63,186 bases of DNA from an uncultured Enterobacterales bacterium (GCA_964567625.1 CAZMNK010000004.1:1-63186), one strand, 5' to 3'. Positions 9,260 to 18,347 are shown, counted from the stretch's first letter. The notes: generated from the letters alone by a model not told the origin. Made by a program: numbers and translations.

Positions 9260-9928
9260 GTGACCGTGATGAGACGAGCCATGATTTCCAAGACGCTTCG
9301 AAAGCTCATGGCGCTCTTCGTGGTCTTTGCCACGTTCTTCGGGCTCTCCAGCGATGCCCTGGCGGGGAAGGACCGTGAGGTCTACATCGACCCGGGCTTC
9401 GGTCTCTGGAGCGTCACCGAGCAGAACCAGTTGGATCCTGTCATGCGGGCCGGCGGAGCCATCGGCTTCACCTACGAGGTCGGTGAGAACCTCGGCGGCC
9501 GTACCCGGGTGGAGGGCATGTGGTTGCAGGGCCTGGAGGGGGATGGTCGAGACATTCGAGTGGGCACCTTTGTGGGCTGGCGCAACACGGCAGGTGGATT
9601 TGAGATTGGCGTGGATGTCTTCCAGAACCGCTACGACCTGAGCGATCTCAGTCTTCACGACAGCCTGGGAGTGGAACTTCCAGTCGTGCTCTACCTGGGA
9701 CCTGAGGTCCTTCACGGCATCGTGGGAATCTCCCCGGCTCTGCTCCAGCACTCGGAGCGTCGGGTGGACTGGAGTACCGCCACCCTGCAGGGGGGCTTCG
9801 GCCACGAGTTCGGTTGGCAGGTCGGCGTGGGCAGCCAGATCCGCAAGACCCGGGTGGCGGTGGTCTACAGCCGCCGGCAGGTCTCGGGCGACATTATCGA
9901 AGGCCTCAACGTGATGGTGGGTCGATAG
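9260..9928 (+). CDS. hypothetical exported protein (possible small outer-membrane beta-barrel)
   Basis: Signal peptide KLMALFVVFATFFGLSSDALA. Alternating hydrophobic/G-rich strands and a C-terminal aromatic-rich end. An ATG at 9269 is an alternative start. The overlapping 9119-10189(-) ORF is an R/H/P-rich artefact. Confidence 0.55.
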   Translation: MTVMRRAMISKTLRKLMALFVVFATFFGLSSDALAGKDREVYIDPGFGLWSVTEQNQLDPVMRAGGAIGFTYEVGENLGGRTRVEGMWLQGLEGDGRDIRVGTFVGWRNTAGGFEIGVDVFQNRYDLSDLSLHDSLGVELPVVLYLGPEVLHGIVGISPALLQHSERRVDWSTATLQGGFGHEFGWQVGVGSQIRKTRVAVVYSRRQVSGDIIEGLNVMVGR

Positions 9929-10085
9929 GCTGCTCTCGGTGTCGTGGTCTGCTGGGATCTGTTGACTTGGAGAGGACTGGCCCATGCCCCAGGGACCGTG
10001 AGGCCCGCCCCTCTTGCTGGTCACGGGTTGCCGGAGGATCGAGTCAGGGAGCGTGCTACGTTGCCGCTCCCTGGTGGAGGCTTCC

Positions 10086-11147
10086 ATGATCTGGTCCCCG
10101 TTGATGTTGTTTTCGTTCGCTTGCGGTGGTGGTGGCATCGACAGTGGGGACACGGGCTCCGTGACGTCCGAGGACAAGGACGGCGACAACTTCTACTGGC
10201 CCGAGTACGACTGTGACGACAACGATCCCGAGGTGAATCCCCTGGCGGACGAGATCTGTGATGGCCAGGACAATGATTGCGACGGGGATGTGGACATCGA
10301 CGCTGTGGATGGCACCACCTACTACGCAGATGCCGACCAGGACGGCTTTGGCGACCGGGCCATCAAGCTCGTCGCCTGTGAGCTTCCCAGTGGGTATGTG
10401 GCCGACGACACCGACTGCGATGACACCAGCGACCAGGCCTACCCGGGGGGTACCGAGGTCTGCGATGGCCTGGACAACGACTGCGACTACGTGGCGGATC
10501 GGCCGTTCTTCGACGAGGACCTGGACGGACTCCTGGATGCCGATGAGTTGACGACCAACGCCAGTGCCGGCCAGTTCGTGGGGACCGAGGAGGGGTACCT
10601 GAGGCTCACGAGCACCTCTGCCTCCCAGGTCGGAACGGCCTTCATTCCCACCGCCATTCCTGGCGACGTCTTCTATGCCCGCTTCACCGCTGAAATCGGT
10701 GGGGGTGATGGCGGAGAAGGGATGACCTTTGCCTTCTTGTCCGAGACCGATGCCACCAGCGTGGGGGCGAACAACGCCGGTCTCGGGGTCGGGGGCCTGT
10801 CTGGCTACGCCGTCGAGATCGACATGGTGAAGAATGGAAACGACTCCGCTGACGATCTGATCGCACTGGTGCAGACCGACTGGCTGAAGGACGATGAGTT
10901 GCAGATCCTGGAATTGGCCGCGGCGGCGGCGCCAGAGTTCCAGGATGCGGGACCCCGAAAGGTCGAGGTCTTCTTTGACAATGGAGAGGTCTCCGTGACG
11001 GTCGATGACGCCGAAGTGCTGACCGGCACGGTGCCGGACTATGCCCTGGAGTCGGTGATGATCGGCTTTACGGCGAGCACCAGCACGGTGAGCAATGAAC
11101 ACCGGGTGGACGACATCTACATCGGGTGTCCTTCTCGGGCGGACTGA
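10086..11147 (+). CDS. lipoprotein with MopE-type putative metal-binding repeats and a legume-lectin/ConA-like domain
   Basis: Start taken at MIWSPLMLFSFACGGGG (lipobox FAC). Repeats are CDDNDPEVNPLADEICDGQDNDCDGDVD and CDDTSDQAYPGGTEVCDGLDNDCDY. The C-terminal half has GYLRLTSTSASQVGTAF...GDGGEGMTFAFLS...GYAVEIDM, typical of L-type lectin folds. Confidence 0.75.
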   Translation: MIWSPLMLFSFACGGGGIDSGDTGSVTSEDKDGDNFYWPEYDCDDNDPEVNPLADEICDGQDNDCDGDVDIDAVDGTTYYADADQDGFGDRAIKLVACELPSGYVADDTDCDDTSDQAYPGGTEVCDGLDNDCDYVADRPFFDEDLDGLLDADELTTNASAGQFVGTEEGYLRLTSTSASQVGTAFIPTAIPGDVFYARFTAEIGGGDGGEGMTFAFLSETDATSVGANNAGLGVGGLSGYAVEIDMVKNGNDSADDLIALVQTDWLKDDELQILELAAAAAPEFQDAGPRKVEVFFDNGEVSVTVDDAEVLTGTVPDYALESVMIGFTASTSTVSNEHRVDDIYIGCPSRAD

Positions 11148-11165
11148 GCCCCAAGGGAGTGGGGT

Positions 11166-11900
11166 CTACCGGGCCCCCATGAATCGACGCAACTGGTCGG
11201 TCTGCACGACGCAGTTCCGGGTCTCCGGGTCCAGGGCCACCGCGATCAAGGCCTGGGCAAGTTGTTGCCCGGTCACCGAGCTGTAGCGATCTCGCAGGGT
11301 CCTTGCGCCCAGGGTGCCCAGGACGGCCAGCAGGGTGTCGCCGGTGGCGGCCACCCAGCGTTCTCCCCGGCGATCTTCGTCCCGGTCGGGCCCGGTGATG
11401 AACGAGGGGCGCACCGTGATCCAGGGCAGATCCCTCGACGAGAGGACCTGTTCCACCTCAAAACGCGCCCTCATGTAGGCACTCCTGCCCGGCCGGTCCG
11501 CCCCCAGGGAGGACAGGTAGACAAAAACGGGGGCGCTGGAGGTGCTGCAGGCGGCCTGGTGCAGCAGGAGGGACAGGTCTCGATCCACCCGCTCGTAGGT
11601 CGCTTCCGGTTCGGTGGTCTTCTGGCGCCGTGCCGTCGTGCCCAGCAAGGAGAAGACATGGGTGGGCTGATGGCGTTTCAAGGTCTCGACCAGGGGTTCC
11701 AGTGCCCAGGGGGTGGTGTCGAGGGTCGCCCCCCACTCCTCGAGACGGGGGCCCCAGGTGCCCAGGCTGGGCGAGCCCGGTCGGATGTGGGCGAAGACGG
11801 TGTGGCCACTCCGGGCCAGTTGTTGGACGACGTGGCGACCGGTGTAGCCGGTGGCTCCTGCCACGAAGACCCGAAGGCCTGGGTCTCGGTCCATTCTCAT
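11166..11900 (-). CDS. NAD(P)-binding protein (atypical SDR / NmrA-like)
   Basis: RVFVAGATGYTGRHVVQQL Rossmann motif close to the N-terminus. Start is ambiguous: TTG at 11912, ATG at 11900 or 11894. Confidence 0.75.
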   Translation of the reverse strand: MRMDRDPGLRVFVAGATGYTGRHVVQQLARSGHTVFAHIRPGSPSLGTWGPRLEEWGATLDTTPWALEPLVETLKRHQPTHVFSLLGTTARRQKTTEPEATYERVDRDLSLLLHQAACSTSSAPVFVYLSSLGADRPGRSAYMRARFEVEQVLSSRDLPWITVRPSFITGPDRDEDRRGERWVAATGDTLLAVLGTLGARTLRDRYSSVTGQQLAQALIAVALDPETRNCVVQTDQLRRFMGAR

Positions 11901-12057
11901 CCAGTCATCCAATAATCATAATAACACTATAAAACTATATGGTTAGATGCCATTTTCTCATAATGATTGGCTTCATGGGCCTTGACGTGGCAAGATTCCG
12001 ATCAGGTCATCGTCGGAGCAAGGATGCTCCGGGGGGGGTGGCCGGCGAGGACAGACC
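11901..12057. promoter_or_regulatory. divergent promoter region containing a 25% GC island
   Basis: Positions 11911-11970 contain 15 G/C in 60 nt, in an otherwise high-GC window. The island has a near-repeat, TCATAATAA (about 11915) and TCATAATGA (about 11958). It lies between the divergent SDR gene and the hybrid histidine kinase gene. Confidence 0.5.
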
Positions 12058-13755
12058 ATGAATGATCAAGAGTCTGCGGTCAGCAGCACCCTGGAGGATG
12101 GGGATGCCTCGCTGGACCTGGCAGTGGCCTTGCGCCGTTCCGAGGAGCGCTTTCACACGCTGATCGAGCGGTCTTCGGATGCGGTGGCCGTCATCTGTGA
12201 AGGTCGTTTTACCGCCATGAACGAGCGGCTGGTGGGCTTGCTGGGCTGTGAGGGCCTGGCGGGATTGGTGGATTCGCCGGTGGGCCAGTGGGTGCACGCC
12301 GACGACCTGGAGTGCTTCGCTGAAACGACCCGTGCCCTTCTCGATGGTCCCCTGGAGTTGTCTCTTGCGCCCCAGGAGTTGCGACTGATCGCCACGGGAG
12401 GGTGCCAGATCCACGTGGAGGTGGCCGCGATTCGAATTGACTACCAGGGCCAGCCGGCCCTGCACGTGACTCTCCGGGACCTGACCGAACGGCGCCGTCT
12501 CCGAGCTCGCATGGCCCGGTCGGATCGGATGGCCAGTCTGGGGACCCTGGCAGCTGGGGTGGCACACGAGATCAACAACCCCCTGAGTTTCATCCTGATG
12601 AACCTGGAAGGAGTGCTCGATGATCTACCGGGGATGGCCCACAGCCTGAAGGTCCTGGAGGCGGGCCTGGTGGAGCGCCTGGGTCGCCAGGAAGCGGAAA
12701 ACCTGCTCACCGAGGCCGGGATGGCCGCGGGCGAGGAACGGGTGGAGGACCTGGCTGCTCGAATTGGAGACGCTCATGTGGGTGCCCAGCGGGTGAGGGA
12801 CATCGTCGCCGACCTGAAGACCTTTGCCCGGGTGGAGACCGAAGAGGCCGCACTGACTGCGGTGCGGGTTGAGCAGGCGCTGAAGGTGGCGCTGAACCTG
12901 GCCTCTCATGAGATCAAGCACAAGACGCGCATTCGTCGGGACCTGCATCCCACGCCCCTGGCCCTGGCGGAGGAGGGTCGCCTCTCACAGGTGCTGGTGA
13001 ACCTGCTGGTCAACGCGGCCCAGGCTCCGAATGGTGAGGCCCCCAAGCAGGTGACCCTGCGCTCCTATGCCCGGCAGGACCAGGTGGTGCTGGAGATCGC
13101 CGACAATGGTGCAGGGATCGCCGTCGAGAACCTGGCACGGGTGTTTGAACCTTTTTTCTCCACCAAGACCTCCGGCGAGGGGTCGGGCCTGGGCCTGGCG
13201 ATCTCCCGGGAGATCGTTCGCGGATTCGGAGGCGAGCTGGAGGTGGAGAGTTCCCCGGGCCGAGGGGCGACCTTTCGGGTCTGCCTGCCGATTGCCGCGG
13301 AAAGCGAGGTCGATCTCGACGTGGAGGATGAGCCGACCGAGGAGACCCTCCATCCGCTGCGCCCGCGAGTCCTGGTGGTCGACGACGAACCGATGTTGCT
13401 CCGTGCGCTGGAACGTCGCCTGGGCCGCGAATGCGAGGTGACCTGTGCGGTCACCGGGGCCCAGGCCCTTGATCGCCTGAGCGAGGGCAAGAAGTGGGAC
13501 ATGGTGCTCTGCGACATGGTCATGCCCGGGATGGACGGGGTCGCGGTCTACCGCTGGATCCAGACCCACCAACCCCAGTTGTTGGAACGCACGGTGTTGA
13601 TGACCGGCGGGGCAGTGACCCGGGAGGCCCGGCGCTTCCTGGAAGAGACCCAGAACAGGGTCCTGCCCAAGCCGCTCCAGGTGCCTGAGTTGCTGGAAGT
13701 GTTGCGGACGCTGGTGCATTCCGGCTCTTCCAGGGGTTCTCGCGCCCGCGGCTGA
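12058..13755 (+). CDS. hybrid PAS sensor histidine kinase / response regulator
   Basis: PAS-like N-terminus (RSEERFHTLIERSSDAVAV...), H-box LAAGVAHEINNPLSF, HATPase blocks (LVNLLVNAAQA, DNGAGI, GSGLGLAISREIV), and a C-terminal receiver (RVLVVDDEPMLL...DMVLCDMVMPGMDG...LPKP). Confidence 0.9.
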   Translation: MNDQESAVSSTLEDGDASLDLAVALRRSEERFHTLIERSSDAVAVICEGRFTAMNERLVGLLGCEGLAGLVDSPVGQWVHADDLECFAETTRALLDGPLELSLAPQELRLIATGGCQIHVEVAAIRIDYQGQPALHVTLRDLTERRRLRARMARSDRMASLGTLAAGVAHEINNPLSFILMNLEGVLDDLPGMAHSLKVLEAGLVERLGRQEAENLLTEAGMAAGEERVEDLAARIGDAHVGAQRVRDIVADLKTFARVETEEAALTAVRVEQALKVALNLASHEIKHKTRIRRDLHPTPLALAEEGRLSQVLVNLLVNAAQAPNGEAPKQVTLRSYARQDQVVLEIADNGAGIAVENLARVFEPFFSTKTSGEGSGLGLAISREIVRGFGGELEVESSPGRGATFRVCLPIAAESEVDLDVEDEPTEETLHPLRPRVLVVDDEPMLLRALERRLGRECEVTCAVTGAQALDRLSEGKKWDMVLCDMVMPGMDGVAVYRWIQTHQPQLLERTVLMTGGAVTREARRFLEETQNRVLPKPLQVPELLEVLRTLVHSGSSRGSRARG

Positions 13756-13787
13756 CGAACCGAGGCCCTGGGCCGGGACCAGTCCTT

Positions 13788-14753
13788 TCAGTAGACGTCG
13801 TAGCGACGCCGGTTTCGGGCGTGTTCCCGGGCGTTTCGTGCCGGGTGGAGATTCTTGTCGGCGTCGTGGAGGTAGTACCACCACTCCGAGGCCTCGGGCT
13901 GAACAGCGGCCTGGAGGGCGGTCCTGCCTGGGTTTCCGATGGGCCCGGGAGGCAGGCCATCCCGCAGGCGGGTGTTGTAGGGCTCGTTGGCATTCCGCAG
14001 GTTCTTCAGGAAGGCTCGCCGGTCATTCCAGTTCACCAGGGTGTACCGGCTGGTGGCATCGACCCCCAGCTTCCAGTCGTTGTCCAGGCGCTTCCATAGG
14101 ATACCGGCCACCAGGGCCCGGTTCTCGGGTCTGGGTTCTTCTCGCTCGACCATGCTGGCCATGATCACGATCTCGTAGGCCGGCCGGGAGGTCTGGGAGG
14201 CCAGCTCTCGCCAGACCGCGCCAAAGGTGTCCAGCTGGCGCTGGATGAACCTGGCGGGATCGAAACGATCGGGCTCGACCCGGTAGGAGTCCGGGAAGAG
14301 CAGGCCCTCCAAGGAGTGGCCAGAGATGGCGATGGGCAGGTCAAAAAGGTCCGCCTGGCGAGCCAGGGCAGCGTACTGTCCTCGGTCGATCCAGCCCTGT
14401 CCGGTGAGAGCCTCGTCAATCTCATGGATGCGCCAGCCCTCCAGCACCGCAAAAGGTACATCGTCGGGCACCGGCACTCCGCAGAAGGTCTCCAGGAGCG
14501 CCGGGATGGCCATGGAACGAGAAACGCGGAAACGGCCGGCCTTGAGACAGCTGCCCGCATCGTTGAGGCGCAGGTAGGCCTCCCAGTTCCATGAAGCCCG
14601 GATCAGCCCCTCCGCCTCCAGGTGGGGACCCAGGCCCAGAGCCGAGATCCCCTGGGGAACCTCGAAGAGGATCTCTGTGTTGTCCCCGGGGTCCACCGGG
14701 GTCTTCCACTGGGGCTCCAACAGCATGCAGCCCGACAGCACCCACATCCACAT
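13788..14753 (-). CDS. mltG: endolytic murein transglycosylase MltG (YceG-like)
   Basis: YceG-family blocks: LEGLLFPDSYRV, IVIMASMVEREE, YNTRLRDGLPPGPIGNPG, WYYLHD. Confidence 0.85.
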   Translation of the reverse strand: MWMWVLSGCMLLEPQWKTPVDPGDNTEILFEVPQGISALGLGPHLEAEGLIRASWNWEAYLRLNDAGSCLKAGRFRVSRSMAIPALLETFCGVPVPDDVPFAVLEGWRIHEIDEALTGQGWIDRGQYAALARQADLFDLPIAISGHSLEGLLFPDSYRVEPDRFDPARFIQRQLDTFGAVWRELASQTSRPAYEIVIMASMVEREEPRPENRALVAGILWKRLDNDWKLGVDATSRYTLVNWNDRRAFLKNLRNANEPYNTRLRDGLPPGPIGNPGRTALQAAVQPEASEWWYYLHDADKNLHPARNAREHARNRRRYDVY

Positions 14754-14814
14754 CTGTCCCCTCTAACCGGCTGCGTGAGTTGCAAGTCGCCTGGAATCGG
14801 GAGATGCTCCCCAC

Positions 14815-16353
14815 ATGCTTGTGGTGCTCCTACACATTCTGTTGGCCTGTTCTGGAACGGTCGATGACTCGGACACGGCCCGCCCGACGGACACTGGCGG
14901 GGACACGGACACGGACACGGACACGGACACGGCAACCGGTGTGGAGACGGACGTGCTGGTGATCGGATCCGGGCCCGCAGGCCTGGCAGCGGCCTGGGAG
15001 ATCCAGGATGCCGGGGCTCGGGTGATCGTCCTGGAACGGAAGGACAGTGCCGGTGGAGCCGGGCTGTATGCGGGCAATTTCTTCGGTGTCGCCACGTCCT
15101 GGCAGGCGGTCCTGGGGATCGAGGACACGGTGGAGGAAGCCAGGGCGGACTGGGCACTCTTCACTGGCGGCGATGCAGAGGACCCCTGGGTCACCAGGCT
15201 GCTGGAGCAGTCCGCAGAGACGCTGGCCTGGCTGGTCTACGAATTCGGAAACGAGGTCCGGGATGTCTACCAGGACCCCTCCGCGGGGGTGAACCCGCGC
15301 ATGCATCTCGTCTCGCACCCGGATCATGGGCCAGCAGTGGTCTCATTGGTGGAGGCGGTCAGCGACGTGGTCTGGGTCAACACCCAGGCCGAACACCTGC
15401 GAATTGAGGACGATCGGGTCGTGGGGGTCGAGGCCACCGACATGTTGACCGGCGAGCTCTTTTCCATTGAGGCTGGTGCCACGATCATCGCCACCGGTGG
15501 GTTTGCCCGGGACCTGGAGGCGGTCCAGGCGGACCGGCAGGACCTGGCGGGCCTGACCGTGCTCTTTGAGGCGGATCATGTCAGCGACGGGGGGGGGCGA
15601 GACCTGCTGGAAGAGGCGGGGGCTGCAGTACACAACCCGGGGAACTACGGGGTCTATGTCCATTCCATTCCAGACCCCCGGGAGGACTTCGAGGGCGAGG
15701 CCCTGGTGGTTCCCGGTACCACTCGCTCCCTGATCGTGACCCTGGACGCCGAGCGGGTCGTCAACGAGGACGAGACCCGCAGCTTTCATCTCAGCCACCG
15801 GCTCCAGGACTTTCCAGAAGGTCGCCTGTTGGCCCTGTTTCCGGCGGCGGTCGTGGATTCAGAACCGATCATGCCTCCCGCCTACAACTGGGAGGAACGG
15901 GGCGTGGAGGAGGTTCTCGCGCTCGAGGAGTTGATCGCCGAGGGAGTGGCCTGGCGGTACGAGGATGCCGCAACGTTGGCGGAGGACTGGGGCATGGATG
16001 TGGCCGCCCTTGAGGCGACTCTGGACGCCTACGAGGTCATGGTGGCCACCGGCCAGGACACCGCCTTCAACAAAAAGCCCCAGGACCTGGTGTCCTTTGG
16101 TGGGGACCCGATCACGCTCTTTGAGTTGTCTTCCGGTGCCGCCAAGGCCTTTGGTGGCGCGGAACTGGACCTGTCTGCAAGGGTTCTGGATGAAGAAGGA
16201 GATCCGATCGCGGGACTCTATGCGGCGGGCGAAGTCGCTGGCATGCTGGGCACAGCGGCGGTGGGCGAGGGATTCTCGGGCTCCGTCACCGCTTGCTTCA
16301 TGACCGGCCGGATCGCCGGGCAGAGTGCGGCTGCCGAGGTGCTGGCACGGTAG
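14815..16353 (+). CDS. FAD-dependent oxidoreductase (FAD_binding_2; fumarate reductase / KstD-like flavoprotein) with lipoprotein-type N-terminus
   Basis: N-terminus MLVVLLHILLACSG followed by a D/T-rich linker; dinucleotide fold DVLVIGSGPAGLAAAWEIQDAGARVIVLERKDSAGG; C-terminal GLYAAGEVAG block typical of the family. Confidence 0.8.
   Translation: MLVVLLHILLACSGTVDDSDTARPTDTGGDTDTDTDTDTATGVETDVLVIGSGPAGLAAAWEIQDAGARVIVLERKDSAGGAGLYAGNFFGVATSWQAVLGIEDTVEEARADWALFTGGDAEDPWVTRLLEQSAETLAWLVYEFGNEVRDVYQDPSAGVNPRMHLVSHPDHGPAVVSLVEAVSDVVWVNTQAEHLRIEDDRVVGVEATDMLTGELFSIEAGATIIATGGFARDLEAVQADRQDLAGLTVLFEADHVSDGGGRDLLEEAGAAVHNPGNYGVYVHSIPDPREDFEGEALVVPGTTRSLIVTLDAERVVNEDETRSFHLSHRLQDFPEGRLLALFPAAVVDSEPIMPPAYNWEERGVEEVLALEELIAEGVAWRYEDAATLAEDWGMDVAALEATLDAYEVMVATGQDTAFNKKPQDLVSFGGDPITLFELSSGAAKAFGGAELDLSARVLDEEGDPIAGLYAAGEVAGMLGTAAVGEGFSGSVTACFMTGRIAGQSAAAEVLAR
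14902..14931 (+). repeat. perfect (GACACG)x5 hexanucleotide microsatellite encoding (Asp-Thr)5
   Basis: gacacggacacggacacggacacggacacg read directly from the sequence, inside the post-lipobox linker of the FAD oxidoreductase gene. Confidence 0.9.
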
Positions 16354-16362
16354 ACTCCGCCC

Positions 16363-17535
16363 GTGCGCCTGAACCCTGTACTGACGGGTCTTCCGATCTA
16401 CCCCCAGGTGGCTCTCGATGCCCGCAAGGCGCGGGCATTGGCCGCCGGGCGGACGCTGTATGACTTTGGTACCGGGGATGATCACGGCGCCACGCCGCCC
16501 GCCGTGCGCCATGCGGTCCGGGGAGCGTTGCCGGAGGTCTCGACCTACCCCAATGTGCTCGGTGCCCCAGCTCTGAGAGAGGCCATCGCCGGGTACATGA
16601 ACCGGCGATTCGGGGTGTCCCTGGACCCCTCCAGCCAGATCCTTCCCACCTCTGGCAGCAAGGAACTGGTCTTCCACCTGCCGCTGTTGGTGATCGATAC
16701 AGCAGCCCCTGATCGCACCGTTGTCTTTCCGGACCCGGGCTACCCGGCCTATGGGCGGGGTTGTCTCTTCGCAGGTGGAGAACCCCACCCGGTCGGCTTG
16801 AGCGGCGACTTCCGATTTCGTCCCTGGGAGCTTCCGGAGGACCTGCTTCGCCGCACGCGGCTGCTCTGGATCAACAGCCCCCACAACCCCACGGGTGCTG
16901 TGACGCCCCTGGCAGACCTGGCGCGCATCCATGCCCTCTGTCGCAGGTACGACATCCTGCTGGTCAACGACGAGTGCTACGCCGATATCTACGTGGAAGA
17001 CAGGCCGCCCAGCCTGTTGGAGGTCTCCACGGAGGGCTGTCTCGTGGTGCACTCACTGTCCAAGCGATCTGGAATGACCGGCTATCGCTCGGGATTCGTG
17101 GCCGGCGATCCAGAGGTGATGGCCTGGCTCCGCAAGCTGCGGGTCAACCCGGGGGTGCTTCCCATGGATGCGATCAACGCCGGGGCCGAGCTGGCCTGGC
17201 AGGACGACGACCATGTGGACACCCGCCGGGTGGGATTTACCGCCAAGCGCCGGGTGATGGAACGCTTCTTTCGGGAAGAGGGCATGGAGATCGTGGCGTC
17301 AGAGGCCACCTTTTATCTGTGGGTACGCGCTCCTGGGGACCTGGACGACCAGGCCTATGCCCTGTCGCTGGTGGACCACGGCATCGTGGTGTGTCCGGGG
17401 AGCACCTTGGGGCTCACAGGTTCGGGGGCGGGTTACGTCCGAGTGGCCCTGGTTCCGGACCTGGAGACCTGCCGGGAGGCGGTGGAAGTCTGGCGAATGG
17501 CGAACCGAGAGATCAGCGGGAGGAGTGCCGGGTGA
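16363..17535 (+). CDS. dapC: class-I PLP aminotransferase, probable succinyldiaminopimelate transaminase
   Basis: Fold-type I blocks (NSPHNPTG, DECYADIY, PLP-Lys block SLSKRSGMTGYRSGF). It is translationally coupled (GTGA) to dapD, which supports the DapC assignment. GTG start. Confidence 0.75.
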   Translation: MRLNPVLTGLPIYPQVALDARKARALAAGRTLYDFGTGDDHGATPPAVRHAVRGALPEVSTYPNVLGAPALREAIAGYMNRRFGVSLDPSSQILPTSGSKELVFHLPLLVIDTAAPDRTVVFPDPGYPAYGRGCLFAGGEPHPVGLSGDFRFRPWELPEDLLRRTRLLWINSPHNPTGAVTPLADLARIHALCRRYDILLVNDECYADIYVEDRPPSLLEVSTEGCLVVHSLSKRSGMTGYRSGFVAGDPEVMAWLRKLRVNPGVLPMDAINAGAELAWQDDDHVDTRRVGFTAKRRVMERFFREEGMEIVASEATFYLWVRAPGDLDDQAYALSLVDHGIVVCPGSTLGLTGSGAGYVRVALVPDLETCREAVEVWRMANREISGRSAG

Positions 17536-18347
17536 GCGGAACGGACCTGCGGCAGCGGGTGGAGGCGGCCTGGGCCGGCGAGACGGGCGGGGACGAGGCA
17601 TGGGCCGTCGCCCAGGAAGCTGTGGCCCTCCTGGACAGCGGGTCCCTTCGGGTCGCGGAAAAGCAGGACGGCCAGTGGGTCGTCCATGGCTGGCTCAAGC
17701 AGGCCATCCTGCTCTACTTCAGGCATGCGCCGATGGTGGAAGGTGCGCGGGGCGACTACCACTGGCACGACAAGATTCCACTGAAGCGAGACCTGGCCGC
17801 CCAGGGCATTCGCATCGTGCCTCCCGGCACCGTTCGGTACGGGTCGCACCTGGAGCGGGGCTGCGTCGTGATGCCCGGCTACGTGAACATCGGGGCCTGG
17901 GTGGGGGCTGGCAGCATGGTCGACACCTGGGCCACCGTGGGTTCCTGTGCCCAGATCGGACGGGGGGTGCACCTGTCCGGTGGGGTGGGCATCGGTGGGG
18001 TGCTCGAGCCTCCGTCTGCCCGGCCCGTGATCATCGAGGACGGGGCCTTTATCGGGTCTCGGTCCATTGTTGTCGAAGGGGTTCTGGTGGGTGAAGAGGC
18101 CGTGCTCGGTGCCAATGTGGTGCTCACCGCCAGCACGCCGATCATCGATGTCACGGGCCCTCAAGAGGTCATTCACAGGAGTGTTGTTCCCCCCCGAGCG
18201 GTGGTCGTGCCCGGGAGCCGACCCAAGACATTTCCCGCCGGGGAGGTCCAGCTGAACTGCGCGCTGATCATCGGACATCGCAAGGAGAGCACCGACCGTA
18301 AGACTTCCTTGAACGACGTCCTGCGCGAATTCGCGCTCTCGGTCTGA
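17532..18347 (+). CDS. dapD: 2,3,4,5-tetrahydropyridine-2,6-dicarboxylate N-succinyltransferase
   Basis: The real gene is the 3' part of track ORF 16761-18347. The GTG at 17532 overlaps the dapC stop. Blocks: LDSGSLRVAEK, WLKQAILLYF, hexapeptide region MPGYVNIGAWVGAGSMVDTWATVGSCAQIGRGVHLSGGVGIGGVLEP, and C-terminal TSLNDVLR. Confidence 0.9.
   Translation: MSGTDLRQRVEAAWAGETGGDEAWAVAQEAVALLDSGSLRVAEKQDGQWVVHGWLKQAILLYFRHAPMVEGARGDYHWHDKIPLKRDLAAQGIRIVPPGTVRYGSHLERGCVVMPGYVNIGAWVGAGSMVDTWATVGSCAQIGRGVHLSGGVGIGGVLEPPSARPVIIEDGAFIGSRSIVVEGVLVGEEAVLGANVVLTASTPIIDVTGPQEVIHRSVVPPRAVVVPGSRPKTFPAGEVQLNCALIIGHRKESTDRKTSLNDVLREFALSV

Noticed and set aside
9119-11102. Minus-strand ORFs 9119-10189 (356 aa) and 10056-11102 (348 aa)
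   Set aside because: They overlap plus-strand genes that have signal peptides, lipoboxes and recognisable domains. Their own translations are H/R/G/P/V-rich without motifs.
11901-12057. AT-rich island as oriC / DNA-unwinding element
   Set aside because: I could find no cluster of DnaA boxes (TTATCCACA-like), no dnaA or dnaN nearby, and the AT-rich tract is only about 60-70 nt. A divergent promoter is the simpler explanation.
12407-12422. Additional parS candidates containing CCACGTGG or CACGTG (12407-12422, 37497-37512, 61785-61800 and others)
   Set aside because: Only the central core matches. There are 5 or more mismatches to TGTTCCACGTGGAACA in the flanks, and the flanks are not palindromic.
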